Shown: one piece after another, positions 11,699 through 25,000 of the stretch
Position numbering within the stretch: the first letter of the stretch is position 1
How the letters are laid out: the number at the start of each line of letters is the position of its first letter
Assembly: GCA_028534125.1 (NCBI GenBank)
Contig: CM052817.1
Span: forward strand, 31,622,001-31,686,000
Source: Lama glama
Lineage: Eukaryota
Length of the DNA: 64,000 bases
Direction of reading: 5' to 3'
Made by a program: the position numbers and the translations under genes
Notes under the pieces: model-generated
What the model saw: the letters and a program-made list of their open reading frames with translations, nothing else
The model's database searches: none
What the model was told of the DNA's origin: nothing

Positions 11699-13556
11699 TA
11701 TGGTGGGGGAAGGGGGAGGTGGGGGAATGGGAAGGGAGAGGGGAGAGGAGGTGGGGAGGTGGGGAGAGAATGAGCTAAGCAGAAAAAAACAACAGACATC
11801 CACCATATTTACATCTCTGGAGCACGGTAGCTTTTAGTATGGTTATGGGAATAAGTTATCACTTTTTACAAATGAATTCAGGAAACATTTAGAGATTTCT
11901 ATCTTATAAAACCTTACCATTAGAACTTGTTTTTCTTTTTAAAAATGTTGACATCTCTTTCTAAAAGGTATAGAATATTTTGAAAACAATGCTAATGTGT
12001 GTTCACAACAGTTGGTATGGAGGAGAGCGATTTAAATTCCTGGCAATGATGTATTTGAAATAATTCTTTAAAAATAGTTTCTCTTAAAATTTTCTGTCTC
12101 TGTTTTTTTAACTGTAGACTGTGGCAGAGGGTCACATGGGGTATTGTTTTATGTTTTTCCTGCTTAAGGGAATCTGAACTATTTTGACTCCGTAGGGAAA
12201 AAACCAAAACTTGGAACATTTATAGCTGTCTTTAAAATAAATTCAAGGCAGTACTAAGGGACTTAAATGCCCTCACTTAATTTCCCCACAATCATTTCAG
12301 ATTTTTAAAATTACATTTGTACATGAATTTGAAATTATGGTTACCCAGAATTCTGTGGATGAAGAAAGTCATATAGTCTTAGGAAATAAACCAGCAGTCA
12401 AGGCTTACCGCTACCAGAGTAACCTTATTCTATGATTTCTCTCCGATCAGTGATTATAGAATGACAGTTTGTAAACAAATCAATAATTTGTTTATTGTTT
12501 CTTTAGTTATACGTATTGATACATTTGCCTTAGATGATGAAATCATGAAATATTGGACTTTAATCAGCTTAGTTCACTTTATAGGGAACTTAGCATAACA
12601 ATTAAGTGCTTAACTACTCGCTTAATTAAGAAAATGGTCCGCAAATCAATTATAGAAGGAGGATTTTCAATCTTAGTGAAAGGTGGATATTTAGAAGCAA
12701 CATTCCCTCTGACTCAGTGTTAGTAGTTTTTTGTTGTCTATCTCTTAAATTTAAGAAAAGAAATTTCCTTTTCCCCTTGTTTCTCTCAGTTTTAACCCAA
12801 GGAAAAGTAGAACCTACTTCAGCTATATTTAGCAGTAGAGTTATACTGTAATGGCAAATTTAAATTACACATTGTTTTTCGTGTAATTAAAAATGTTCTT
12901 AAGCTAGAGAAATATTTCAATCAACAAAGATTCATTGGAAACTACATGCAGGACACGAAGCTTATTTAATAAGAATGAGAAAAGTGAAAGCAACATCGAA
13001 GACACAATTCATATTCTTTAATGTGCTCACTCAGAACACGAAATGCCATTAATCTGCCATCATTATTGTAAAATTTAGCTACTACTTAGAGAAGTGATTT
13101 TTAGTACGGTGCTATTTAAAACATAGAACTTATTTGTAACTGGTGCATGGTGAGTACAGAAATTGAGATGAACCATTTAGAAACTTTTATGGCAGTTTGT
13201 GTAATTTTCTGCCATAAAAAATTTAAGCTTTTAAATTTGAGAACCACTGCTCTAATGTACCAGAAATGCTTATACACAATCAGAATTGTAATATAAAAAT
13301 CAAAGCCCCTAATGAGAGATCAAAAAGTTTAGTTTTGTTGTAAAGCAGCCTGGAAGAAAGAGGAAATTGTATAGAGTGGATGTTGCACTTTCGTAAGTAA
13401 ACGTTTGGGGAAAAAAATTTAGGCTTTACTTTTATATATCTTTTTAAACTTAATTTTTATAAGAATTCACTTTTACAAAAGTCTAATTCTCCTACAGATT
13501 GGAAATAAATAAAACTCATCCTTACCATAGTTAGTTTACTTTTTTTATATTTTGTG

Positions 13557-13665
13557 GGTGGGTATAGGTAATTAGGTTTATTTACTTTTTAGAGGAGGTA
13601 CTGGGGGTTGAACCCAGGACCTTGTGCATGCTAAGCATGTGCTCTACCACTTGAGCTATACTCTC
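13557..13665 (-). mobile_element. tRNA-derived SINE (Vic-1-like)
   Basis: aggtaattaggtttattt...gaggtactgggggttgaacccaggaccttgtgcatgctaagcatgtgctctaccacttgagctata. Confidence 0.88.
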
Positions 13666-14249
13666 GCTGCCACAGTTAGTTTTAGAAGCTCTATTTTAGT
13701 ATAAAGCATTATAAAGTCACCTCATTACTATTACTCTTAAGTGGTTACTGAACACTCTAGCAGTCTGATAGGATTATAGGTTGTTTACTAAGTATGCTAG
13801 ATTACTAACTATTATGTATGTATTTAAAGCCCAAAATACTTGAGATACCTGATGAAGTTGATATGCTCACTGTTACCTTCATGCCCATAATCTGGAAATA
13901 TTACAGGACTGTGTTCACCTCTGTTCCCTCACCACTCTGCCCCCTCCCCCCCAGCCTCAGCCTGTTCTACCACAGTGGACTAATCTTAGTTAGCCTAATA
14001 ACATGTGAGTCTAATATTATGTCACCCAAGAATCTGGAATTGAGACACTGAGAGACTGAGTGATTAGGTCACAGTAGCGCACAAACTGAAATGTCAACAG
14101 TTGTTACAACACCAAACAAAAGCCACATCTAAACTGATGTTATGAAGGGAACCCAGAAGCTGTGAGTAAGCAGAAATTTTGAGAGACAATAATGAGGAAT
14201 GCAGCAACTGGCAAACGTGCAGGAAGCAGAGAAGAGAGGGCTCTTGTTA

Positions 14250-14820
14250 AAATGTAAATCAAGTCCCACCACCCTCCTGCTCAAAATCCTCCCTTTTCTT
14301 CTCATTTTACTTAGAGTAAAAGCCAAAGTCTTCACAAGCACCCAGTAGGCTCTACAGAATCTTTCCTGCATCCCTCTGACTTCTATCTCCCACGACTCTC
14401 CCCCCCACTCGCTCTAGTTTCGCCCCATAAACTTTGTTCCTCCGTGAAGCCAGGTACATTATTGCCTCAGGGCCTTTGCACTTGCTATTTTGTTGGTCTG
14501 CTCTTCCCAAGTTACCTGCATGTCTTGCTCTCTCAACTCCTTCAGACCTTTGCTCAAATGTCATCTTCTCTGTAATGCTTTCCTTAAGCACTGTATTTAA
14601 AATTGCAATCCCACCCCTACTCACACTCCTTATCCTCTTCTCTGATCCTCTTCCTTTACTTATGTGATTATTGTCCGTCACCAATCACTAAAACGTAAGC
14701 TCCATGAAGTCAGGTCTTTTTCCTCCACTTGATTCTTTGCTATGTGCCCAATGCCTAGAACAATTCCTGGTGCATAATACATGCTCAATAAATATGTTAG
14801 ATAAATAAATGAATGAATCA
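14250..14820 (+). mobile_element. L2 3' fragment
   Basis: cagggcctttgcacttgct...gtaagctccatga...gctcaataaatatgttagataaataaatgaatgaa. Confidence 0.8.
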
Positions 14821-15037
14821 TTTAAGGAAATGGAGGACATTGCTTTGGTTTCTTACTTTATAGTTCTATTCCTCAAGTGGCCTGGCCACACTGTATTAGC
14901 TATCATCAGGTTTTATAATATGACTTTTTAATAGCTCCCCTTTTTCACTTTTTGATTTTTGTTTTTTTTAAGCATGTCAATATTTACATGGTTCCAAAGT
15001 CAAAAACCATGTTACAAGAGAAACTCAAGATAAATTC

Positions 15038-15542
15038 TGTTTCATCAATGAAAAATTCATCAGTCAACCTAAGAAAGAAATGAAAATTTTTATTCAAGCC
15101 AAATTGAGGATTAGAACCTGGGGAATAGCCCCTTAGAAAGCTCTGAGAACTTTTCTACCCATTAGGAGTCAAAGCACAGTTACATAAATTTTTTGAGACC
15201 AAAGCACAGTTACATAAATTTTTTGAGACAGAGGGCTGTACGTTAGATGACATATTATTGACAGTTTACACAGTTCAGATCTGCAAGTACAAAGTGGTGG
15301 GTCACTGTGACCCCTTTACAAGGTCAAAAAGGAATGTTATCCTAAAGGAGTTGTCTTGTTGGTGCTAGGAGAATGTTATTCTTTATGGTTGAGCAGGTAT
15401 TTCTGCTTCTAGGAAGGTTTGGTGGATGCATAATGCAGATATACAATGCATGGTAGAGGGGAGAGGAGGCCAAAGGACAGAGACAATTCTTTCATGTTTA
15501 AATTTTTCTTGTCTTACCATAAAATATGAATTTTATTTCACA
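15038..15542 (-). mobile_element. Solo LTR with an internal 30-bp tandem duplication
   Basis: TG...CA termini, near-TSD ATTC/ATTG, minus-strand AATAAA near 15090; interrupts an old L1 3' fragment. Confidence 0.7.
15170..15229. repeat. 30-bp tandem duplication inside an LTR
   Basis: caaagcacagttacataaattttttgagac x2. Confidence 0.95.
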
Positions 15543-16599
15543 ATTGCAATGCCCTTCACTCTGTTTCTGCTCCCCATTAGGTAACCATTTTCTAATTGAT
15601 TTTTGGTTTGACTTTTATTGATTCTTCCATTGTTTCTTCTTGCAAACATAAGCATGTATGTATATATTTTACATCCCTCCCCACTGTTAACACTGAGCTC
15701 CATTCTGAAACAGTTATCATGGAGACATACGGAGATCCTTTTCTTTTTTACTGAGGCATCGTCCTCCATTATGTGACTGCTTCATGGTTTTCTCAACTAG
15801 TCCCATGTTGATAACATTTGGGTTGCTCTCAGTCTTTTGCTGTTACAAATCATGGCATAATAAATAGTAAATTGCCTTGTGCATATTTCTGTTCATATTT
15901 TTTTCCAGCTTACTTTTGGTATAGATTCTCAGAAATGAGATGAGTAGATAACCTCCTTTTTAAATTGAGATAATTCAAGTGGTTTACTGTTCATTACAAT
16001 CAACAAGTCAAGATTAAGACAGCTACCTATCCCTGAAGGCCCATGTGAAATCACACTTCTTCTGAGAAAACTCTTATTATCTCAGGCAGAAGGAAATCTA
16101 CTTCTATTCCTCTAATACTCTCTCAAAAAAAGAAAAAGAAAAAAATCAGAAAACAAGCATGAAAAAGTCCTTCTGTTCTCTCTTGTCCATATAGCTCACA
16201 TGGCACTTTTCACGAGGTTCTTTGTATAGTTATCCTCGTTCATTTCATCTCCTTAATTGGACACTAAGCATCTGCAGAGCGAGGACCACAGTCCTTATGA
16301 CCTTTATGGTCTCTGGCCCTTAACAGTGTACCTTGAATTAGTTAACAGTGATCGAATGCATATATAGAGAGAGTATATAATCCAGCATACAACAGTGCCC
16401 CATATAAAACTCCATTTAGAGTTATGCCACCAGAATAAATCCCATCTGAACTGAAGAGCTGAATGTAAAAATTCTAAGAAACTATAAGAAAACAAGAAAT
16501 GATAGTTATCATTTGTTTGGAGGTCAGAAAAGGACTATCTGAACTTCGTGGCTTCAAGCTAGGCTCACCCAAGACAAATGAATCTGGAGTCCTTTAAGC

Positions 16600-18269
16600 A
16601 CATCATTTGGATCTTCCAATAGCTTCTGCCCATTTTCTCTGCTCATGGTCCCAATCCTGGCTGGTTCACTGCTGGGCTGACCCTTCAAAGGACGACTGAA
16701 TGTTCTGGCCAAATCTAAGGCTCCAGTGCCAAGCCCATTGCTACAGTCATGTGCAAGATCTGGCAACTGAATTATTGCAGTCAGGGAGCACATCAGCTTC
16801 TGTGGGAGGTGGTGGCCTTTATTAGCCTTTCGACTAACTGTAGGAGGAGTTGTTTTTTTCTGCTTGGACTCTAACAGGCTACACCTGCTCTTGGAGGGGA
16901 ACTTGTGCAACATTATGATGTAGCTCTCAATGCGTCTGAGGCAGGGAGTAGAAAAACATCTCCTTTAACCTGTCTGTTCGAGAGGTTGGATAAATTCATT
17001 ACCTTCTACGCAGCCTGCAATCTCCTCTTTGAAAGCAGTACACACTCCCTTGCTATCCCATTGAATACATATCTTTTACCTGCCAGGATCATCACGGTCA
17101 ACACCATGATCTGTCTAGCTGCCAGTGTACAACAGAATTTTGGTGATTTTCTCATAAGCTGTTTACAAAGATACCACATCATAATTTGGATCCAATGTTC
17201 AAGGACCCAGAGGTTGCTTAAACATAACTGCTAACTGACAGCTGTGCATGACTGAAGGTTGCCTAAATACCTAGCCACACCTTCTGATCAACTGATGGGG
17301 GCTGCAAAGCCAGGCAATAGCAAAAGCTCAAATAATATGGGAGAATGGTGATGATAGAAAAGAGAAAGCGAGTCTTCCAATAATGCTAGAGTAGACAGAC
17401 AGAGCAGCTCGGTTTGAACTGAGAGCCACCTCTTCATGTGCAGGTGCACTTTCTGATGTAAATCATGCCCAGTGACAACAGGAATCACCTGTGTCGTGCC
17501 CTACTGTTCATCTCTTCCCTGCCCAACACTCTACCCTCTCTAGACCAGAGTGCAGATGTGAGATGAGGGCTATCTGGTTTCCGGGAACTTTGGGGAGATG
17601 GAATCTGTTTACACATCAACACAACGGTGGACTCCTGTGCATCAGGGAGTTCTGCACAGTGGGCTTTAGTCCAGCGTATCTGGTTACTGATGTGTCCCAA
17701 GGCTAGAAACTCACAACCCAGCCAGGCAGCAGCATTACTGGCTGTTTGAATGCAACTGTTCCTTCCACACAACCTGCTACAAAGGCTGCAACCACTTAAC
17801 TTTTAACATTTGCCAAGAATTACTCTCTCATCTACTGTTGAGACCACTGCTCCTTGTTCTTGTCTGTTTCCCTGGCTCTATGCTTTGTCTTTTGATATCT
17901 GCTTTTGTCTCTCTTATTTCAAGACCCATTCAAATTTTCTTTCTCTCATGTATGGGCCTAGGTCTCTTACTATTAAATTCTGGCTCTTACATCTTCAAGC
18001 TTTGTTGATTTTGGTGGTAGTGCTACTGCCGTAGAGACTCCCTCTGCTGACTTCTTCTCCATCAAACTACAGGCTGGACTAGTCTACCAGGCTTTCTGAT
18101 AAGAAGCTCAGATGATGAAGCTTCATCTTAGCAAACTGCTGACTGAGGGCGGGAGGCGGGGTGTGTTTCAGGACTCCTCCACCCACCTCTCAAGTGTCTG
18201 GAATACTGTCTGAGTAAATGGTCTACCAGGAAGCCTTCTGAGCAAGAGAGAGAGGAATTTTCTCTCTCC
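16600..18269 (-). pseudogene. Decayed DLGAP/SAPAP-family (DLGAP2/3-like) coding relic, main block
   Basis: Minus-strand translation across frameshifts and stops gives ordered motifs matching recalled DLGAP sequences, e.g. RLP..LSQQFAK..LH, LVQPV..LMEKKSAEG, KRDKSR, TASN....WLGCEFLAL, IPCCH..YIRK, AGCVEGNEFI, KSRC/PVRVQAE, EADV, SLRFGQ, HEQRKWA; acceptor-like ttccttaag at ~18270. Confidence 0.72.
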
Positions 18270-18479
18270 TTAAGGAATAGATTGTTTCAATGTATCAAGT
18301 CCCAGAGATGCTGAAACTTCAAAACTGGCAAACTTGCTCTTTAAACAAGAGGATTGAGTATTTGGGTGTCAGAAAAAGTAACCCTCCCTTCCAACCCCAC
18401 CCCAGATGGCAGCTGACTGAGGTGTCAATATTCTTGTAAGGAAAACAATGGAGAACTCGTCTTGGTCATGAACTATTGG

Positions 18480-18690
18480 AGATTATGAGTGCAGATTCTG
18501 AAGTCAGACCACCTGGGTTCAAAATGAACTTTATTACTTTCTGGTTAATTCTTTAACATTCCTGTCTCAGTATCCTCATTGTAAAATGAAGATGGTGATA
18601 CTAATAGCTGTTACCTCAAAGGACAATTGTGAGTTTCAAATGAATTATTACATATCATAAAAATAGTCAATAATTGTTAGCTACTCTTAT
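18480..18690 (+). mobile_element. MIR lying between the two DLGAP-like blocks
   Basis: tctgaagtcagaccacctgggttcaaa...tctcagtatcctcattgtaaaatgaagat..., MIR core. Confidence 0.75.
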
Positions 18691-19292
18691 TATTGGGCCA
18701 ATTCAGAAAGACCTAGATATTTACAGAATTACACTTCCACAAAGATGAAGTCACTTTCTAGATGTGCTCGGGCAGTTTGAATAGTTTATGACGTCTTTCA
18801 GTCCGTGTAATATTCCAGACATACCCCAAAGACTCAGGAATGGAATTCTCTACAACTTCTTAGATAGAAGAGTAACTATATAAATATCTCAAGGACAGGT
18901 TAATTTATTTTAGCCTAATACAACCATCTATTCGTAGTCTATTATCTCTCTGGCATCTCTAGATCAATACTCAGAATAATAAATTTTAAATCCTAGATCA
19001 GATTAGTGGGACTTGTCATATCAACTTGGAGATTTGGATAATTCTTAGTAAGTTTTCTTCTATTCTTGAATGATAGGTTCTCTTGAACATCATAGATATT
19101 CAGAAGTGGTTCATACTCTACATTTCCAACTTCACTGTCCTGCTGATATACTACTTAAAGAAAGGAGGAAATAATAAATGTTATATAACAATCATATCAT
19201 CCCCTTTGCTACCACAAAAAGGGTAGTAGATAAGGCCTTGTTTCATCTGGGGCTAAGACAGCAGCCTGCTAAAAGTTTAAGAACCTGTTCAC

Positions 19293-19705
19293 CTTTGCCC
19301 TGAAAGGGTCATGGACCTTCCCATCTTCACATCAATATGATACATGCCCCCAACAGTGTGATAGGGGGCCGCCCTCTGGCCAGAGGACCTTAAGGAAGTG
19401 ATGCCTGCCATTATGACAGCTTTTGAAGCAACCCATAATGGTAAGATCTGATCAATGCTGACTGGAGAAATTCTAGATCCAAACCCTGGCCCCTCTTCTT
19501 TTTGCCTCCAAGATTCTAATTCTGAATCTCTTATACACATAGCCTTGAAAGTTCCTGGGTTTCCTTCTTAAAGCTGCAAGTGCCAAGATAGTGGAGAAGA
19601 GGCCCCTTGATATCGAGACCAGAGGTGGGTAGATCTCGGTGGAGAACGCTGGTGAGGAATAGATGAGAGAAAACAAGCAGGAAATGACTAGCCCAGCATG
19701 TGCCT
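19293..19705 (-). pseudogene. Upstream exon-like segment of the DLGAP-like relic
   Basis: Acceptor ttatcttcag| at 19705, donor AAG|GTGAAC at 19293; SCHNGRHH.SLRSS (~19380-19422) resembles recalled DLGAP2 SCPGGRHRCSPRSS. Confidence 0.5.
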
Positions 19706-20519
19706 CTGAAGATAAATTGGTTTTACTGGATAGTAAAGGTTTCTTCAAAGAATTTGAAGGTTTTTTTGTTTGGTTGGTTGGTTTTTAACAAATGCAAATA
19801 TTGCTGTAAGTGTCTTGCAATTTCTAAACCCCACTTGGGCACGTGCTCACACACACACGTACATCTTGGTTTAGGATTTTAGGACTGCTAAATACCTTTA
19901 AGCCATTGAGTAATTGTTTTTCACTTAAATACTTTTAGTGGTTTGTAATATTTTCCACTTTGTCAGGAATATCGCCAAGAGCTAACATGCAAGTAGGAGC
20001 AAGTTATGGAAAGGGCCACACCTGCTTAGAACTCCTTCAGCTGGGAACAAAGCGTACTTATTATACAGGACAACACCTGAAAAGCTAGTTGGGCTAACTG
20101 TGATGCCTACTACAGACACCTCCCAGCTTTAGTCTTTGTATTTACATAAGAGTCACTTTTATAGTGACTTTTAAAAAACATGCTCTAATACTTCTGAGTC
20201 ACCAGAGGAAACTGTATCGTAGTTAACCAGAAAGACAAGGATAGGTTTAGGATAGAATGGAAATATTTTTATCATCATGGTTCTCAGTAAGAACCTAAGA
20301 CTTTCTCTCCTCAGTAATTGTTAGGCACTCAGGACGTGGAGAATGATCTCATTTTGAGGAGGACATATGTAGTGTGACATGTTGCTCTTTTGAAAGAGGA
20401 AAATATAAATAAGAAAAATCAACCAATCAACAGTATTAGGAATTTCCACTTTAATGATTTGAGACTTAACAAACACGTTTATCTGAAATTTTCTGTTAGG
20501 AGACTTCACTTGACCTAAA

Positions 20520-21240
20520 TCCATCCATTCATTCAATATTTATTGAACACCTATCATCTAGTAGGCACTGTTCCTGGCATTGGAGATACAACAGTGAATC
20601 CTGTTTACACACAGTTCACATTCTACAGGGGAGAGACAGGCAGTAAGCAAAGGAAGAAATAGATGATGTGTCTGAGGAAAAATGAAACAGGTTAAGAGGA
20701 TGGGGGATGACAGGGATGCTCTTTTATGAGGTCATCATAATGAGATTAGTGAACTTAGGTGGTGATATTTGAGCTGAGACCTGAATGAAGGGAGAGGGCT
20801 AGTCATGAGACAATGTGGAGGAAGAATAGATCCCAGAGGGAACAGCAAGTGTGAAGTTCCTAAAGGAGAAACATGCATGGCATGTTTGAAGAACATCCGA
20901 AAGGCCAGTGTGGCTGGAGCAGAGTGATGGAGGGGAATCATGGTATTTAATGGGATACCTGCAGAAGTTTCTCAGTATCCAGTCTTACAGGCCAAGGAAA
21001 GGACTTGGGATTTCAAGTATGTTGGGAAACAAGTGGAGGATTCCTAGCAAAGGAGCGACCTGATCTGAGTTATACAAAGATCATCTAGTTGCTGTGCATA
21101 TCGCAGATTGTAAACAGCAAGTTGGAACAGCTCATTAAGAGATTACCATGGTAAGCTAGATAAGGAAAGATGGCAACTTGAACTAGAGTTGTACCAATGG
21201 AGGTGCTAGAACCATTCAGATATATTTTGAATAGAGCCAG
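20520..21240 (-). mobile_element. L2 3' fragment
   Basis: cattcattcaatatttattgaacacct...aggccagtgtggctggagcagagtga. Confidence 0.8.
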
Positions 21241-22759
21241 AATATCTGTGTAAGGTTCAGAGATTAAGGTCCAGCACCGCATTTGTGGTATAGCTGGAAT
21301 CTGCCATCCTGCCTTCTAATTCCCCATTCATTTCTCCACATTATATCAGCCTCTCCTTGCCCCATGAAATATTAGCATTTAACTTCATAATGTCATATGA
21401 ACTACTTTTTCAAGGAATATATTTAAAGTAAATGTTCTTGTTACAGAACCTGGCTCGTTGGAATCTATTTCACAAAACATTAAATGCAAATGAAAAGTGC
21501 TATATGTGAAGCAGTCATGATGTTTAACCCTCTGGCGACTAGTTCAGATGTGTCAGAGACAGCAATGATATTTAGATGTAAATTATATAGATAATACATA
21601 TTACTTCACAATTATTGTCTGTTAACAGACATCTTTTGACTAGGAAAGGGAAAATACTTTATAGTTAGTCAGCAAACTTTGGAAATACTCAATGCTTTTT
21701 TTTTAGCCATGAACGAACATCTGGTCCTTGACTAATAAGAATTTACATTCTTCATAACTTTCAACAAACCAGATATTGAATGTCCACTGTGTCAGATACT
21801 ATACTAGACATGCAAAACAAAAATGAATGGTCTCTTTTCATCAAGCATACAGACAAGAACAAACGAAAAAGACTTAGAAAAAGAAGCAGATTTTTTAGAA
21901 GTGCAAACACCTGTTGAAAATGATGGATCAGGTGATGCTAAACAGAAACAATTAGATCTTTGTGGAATTGTCAGAAAAAGGTTTCCTGGATGGGTGAGCA
22001 TGGGTTTTAAGAAAAGGAGTCGAATTTGGCAGGTAGAACATCTAGGCAGGGAAAATACAGCGCAGAAAGGCTCAAGGGTAGAAACAAACCACATTATATG
22101 AGTGCACACCCAGGTGTAATAGGACTGGATCATTATTAGCTAAGGGTGGAGGAGGCAATTAGAGGAAAACTGCAGATACAAGCCAAATAGTTCACAATTG
22201 ACATCTGAAGAGCAATAAATGTGATCACAACAAAGAATTTAGGTGTTTTTGTTTTGTTTTGCTGTCAATAGTACGAATTATAAACAGGTGCCACCGAAGG
22301 CAGTTTTTTTTTTTACATTCATACATCTCCCAGCATTCATCAGTATTTGTCAAAGTTTATTAAAGTACTTTCAGTATACAACTTTTTAAAAATTCAACAC
22401 ACTATGAAAAGTTTTTCAGAAGAAAAACGAGCCAAAGAGCAGATTATGCATTAACAAAGATGAGAGAGGCATGGGTTTCTATCTCCCGCTTACATGCCAT
22501 TGTGCAGTAAACTTTAAGTCGGGAAAGTTTTTGTAATAAACGAGATGACGCCTTTAAAGTGCTTAGCACAGTGTCTGGTCCGTAGTAAGCACTCAACAAT
22601 TTATGGTTATTATTTTGACCTTAGACCTCTCTTAACCATTTGGGATTCTGTTTTCTCATTTTCAGAGGAAGAAACGGGTCACAGATGGTCTGAGGCTCCT
22701 GCCAGCCCTGACAATCTCCTATTTCAAGGAGGCATCGAATAAATATTTGCTGAACAGAC

Positions 22760-24160
<1,401 letters not shown>

Positions 24161-24819
24161 CTGCTTTGTGTGAAATTCTGGCTTTCGGATGGTGGCCTGG
24201 GCATTTTGGATTTTGGGGAGGGGTCTGCTTGATGAGGTATCACCTGGTCGGGGAGCAGACCAGAGTGGTCTTAAGTCTGTGCAGTGGTCAGTGTTTTGGG
24301 CCAGTGGGAGATGGGTACGTTTCTGTCCGCAATGGGGAGACCATGTGAATCAGCACTCCCTCTCGGGTAGTGGGGTAAAGCTTGCTTTGTGTGAAGAGGG
24401 CAGAGGATGGTGCTGCTTTGTGTACAGTCAAAGGTGGAACAAGAGCCCTGGCTCTCCTTTTTTAAACACGAATTGGGTCTGCCGTTTTTCGGAGCTGTGA
24501 AGTGACAGTTATCCTTTCAGTTCTGTATCCTAGGGGCAGAGAGCCCTATTTAAAAACCTAAACCGAACTGTATTGTCATAAGTCACTTCTTGATAAAGTT
24601 GTGATCCACACCATATCACTTCCATATATAGAAAGGACAAGGGAGGCAGTTTCCCTCATGGTTTATTATAACGGCAGAAAGATGTCAATGGGAAATTCTT
24701 AACTTATCCTTTTTTAAAAGTTTTAATTTTTAGCTGAGATACCTCTGCTCTTTGTTGACACTGAAACTTCTAACTTAGTGAAATTGAAATCCTTCATGGA
24801 CTATGGTATTGCAGGGGTA

Positions 24820-25000
24820 CAACTTTACAGAGGTGGTTAAGAGCTTTGCCTGGATTCAGTCCCTGGCTCTGCTGCTTACTAGCTGTACGACCTTGGGCAA
24901 GTTACTCTAAGCCTCGCCTTCTTCCTCTATTGGATGGAGAAAATAATAGTTCTTACCTCTTTAGAGTTGTGAACATTATGTGAGATAATCTGTATGTTTT
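24820..25000 (+). mobile_element. MIR
   Basis: gtggttaagagc...ctctgctgcttactagctgtacgaccttgggcaagttact. Confidence 0.75.

Noticed and set aside
16250..16320. Minus-strand PETIKVIRTVVLALQML resembling DLGAP PEDILGKIRTAVGSAQLL
   Set aside because: The surrounding nucleotides look like an L2 3' end, so the match is probably coincidental; not counted as evidence
16905..17234. 109-aa + strand ORF, and the 119-aa minus ORF 16554-16913 as an intact gene
   Set aside because: Non-ATG starts; the DLGAP-like motifs switch frames inside the region, so neither ORF is a coherent protein
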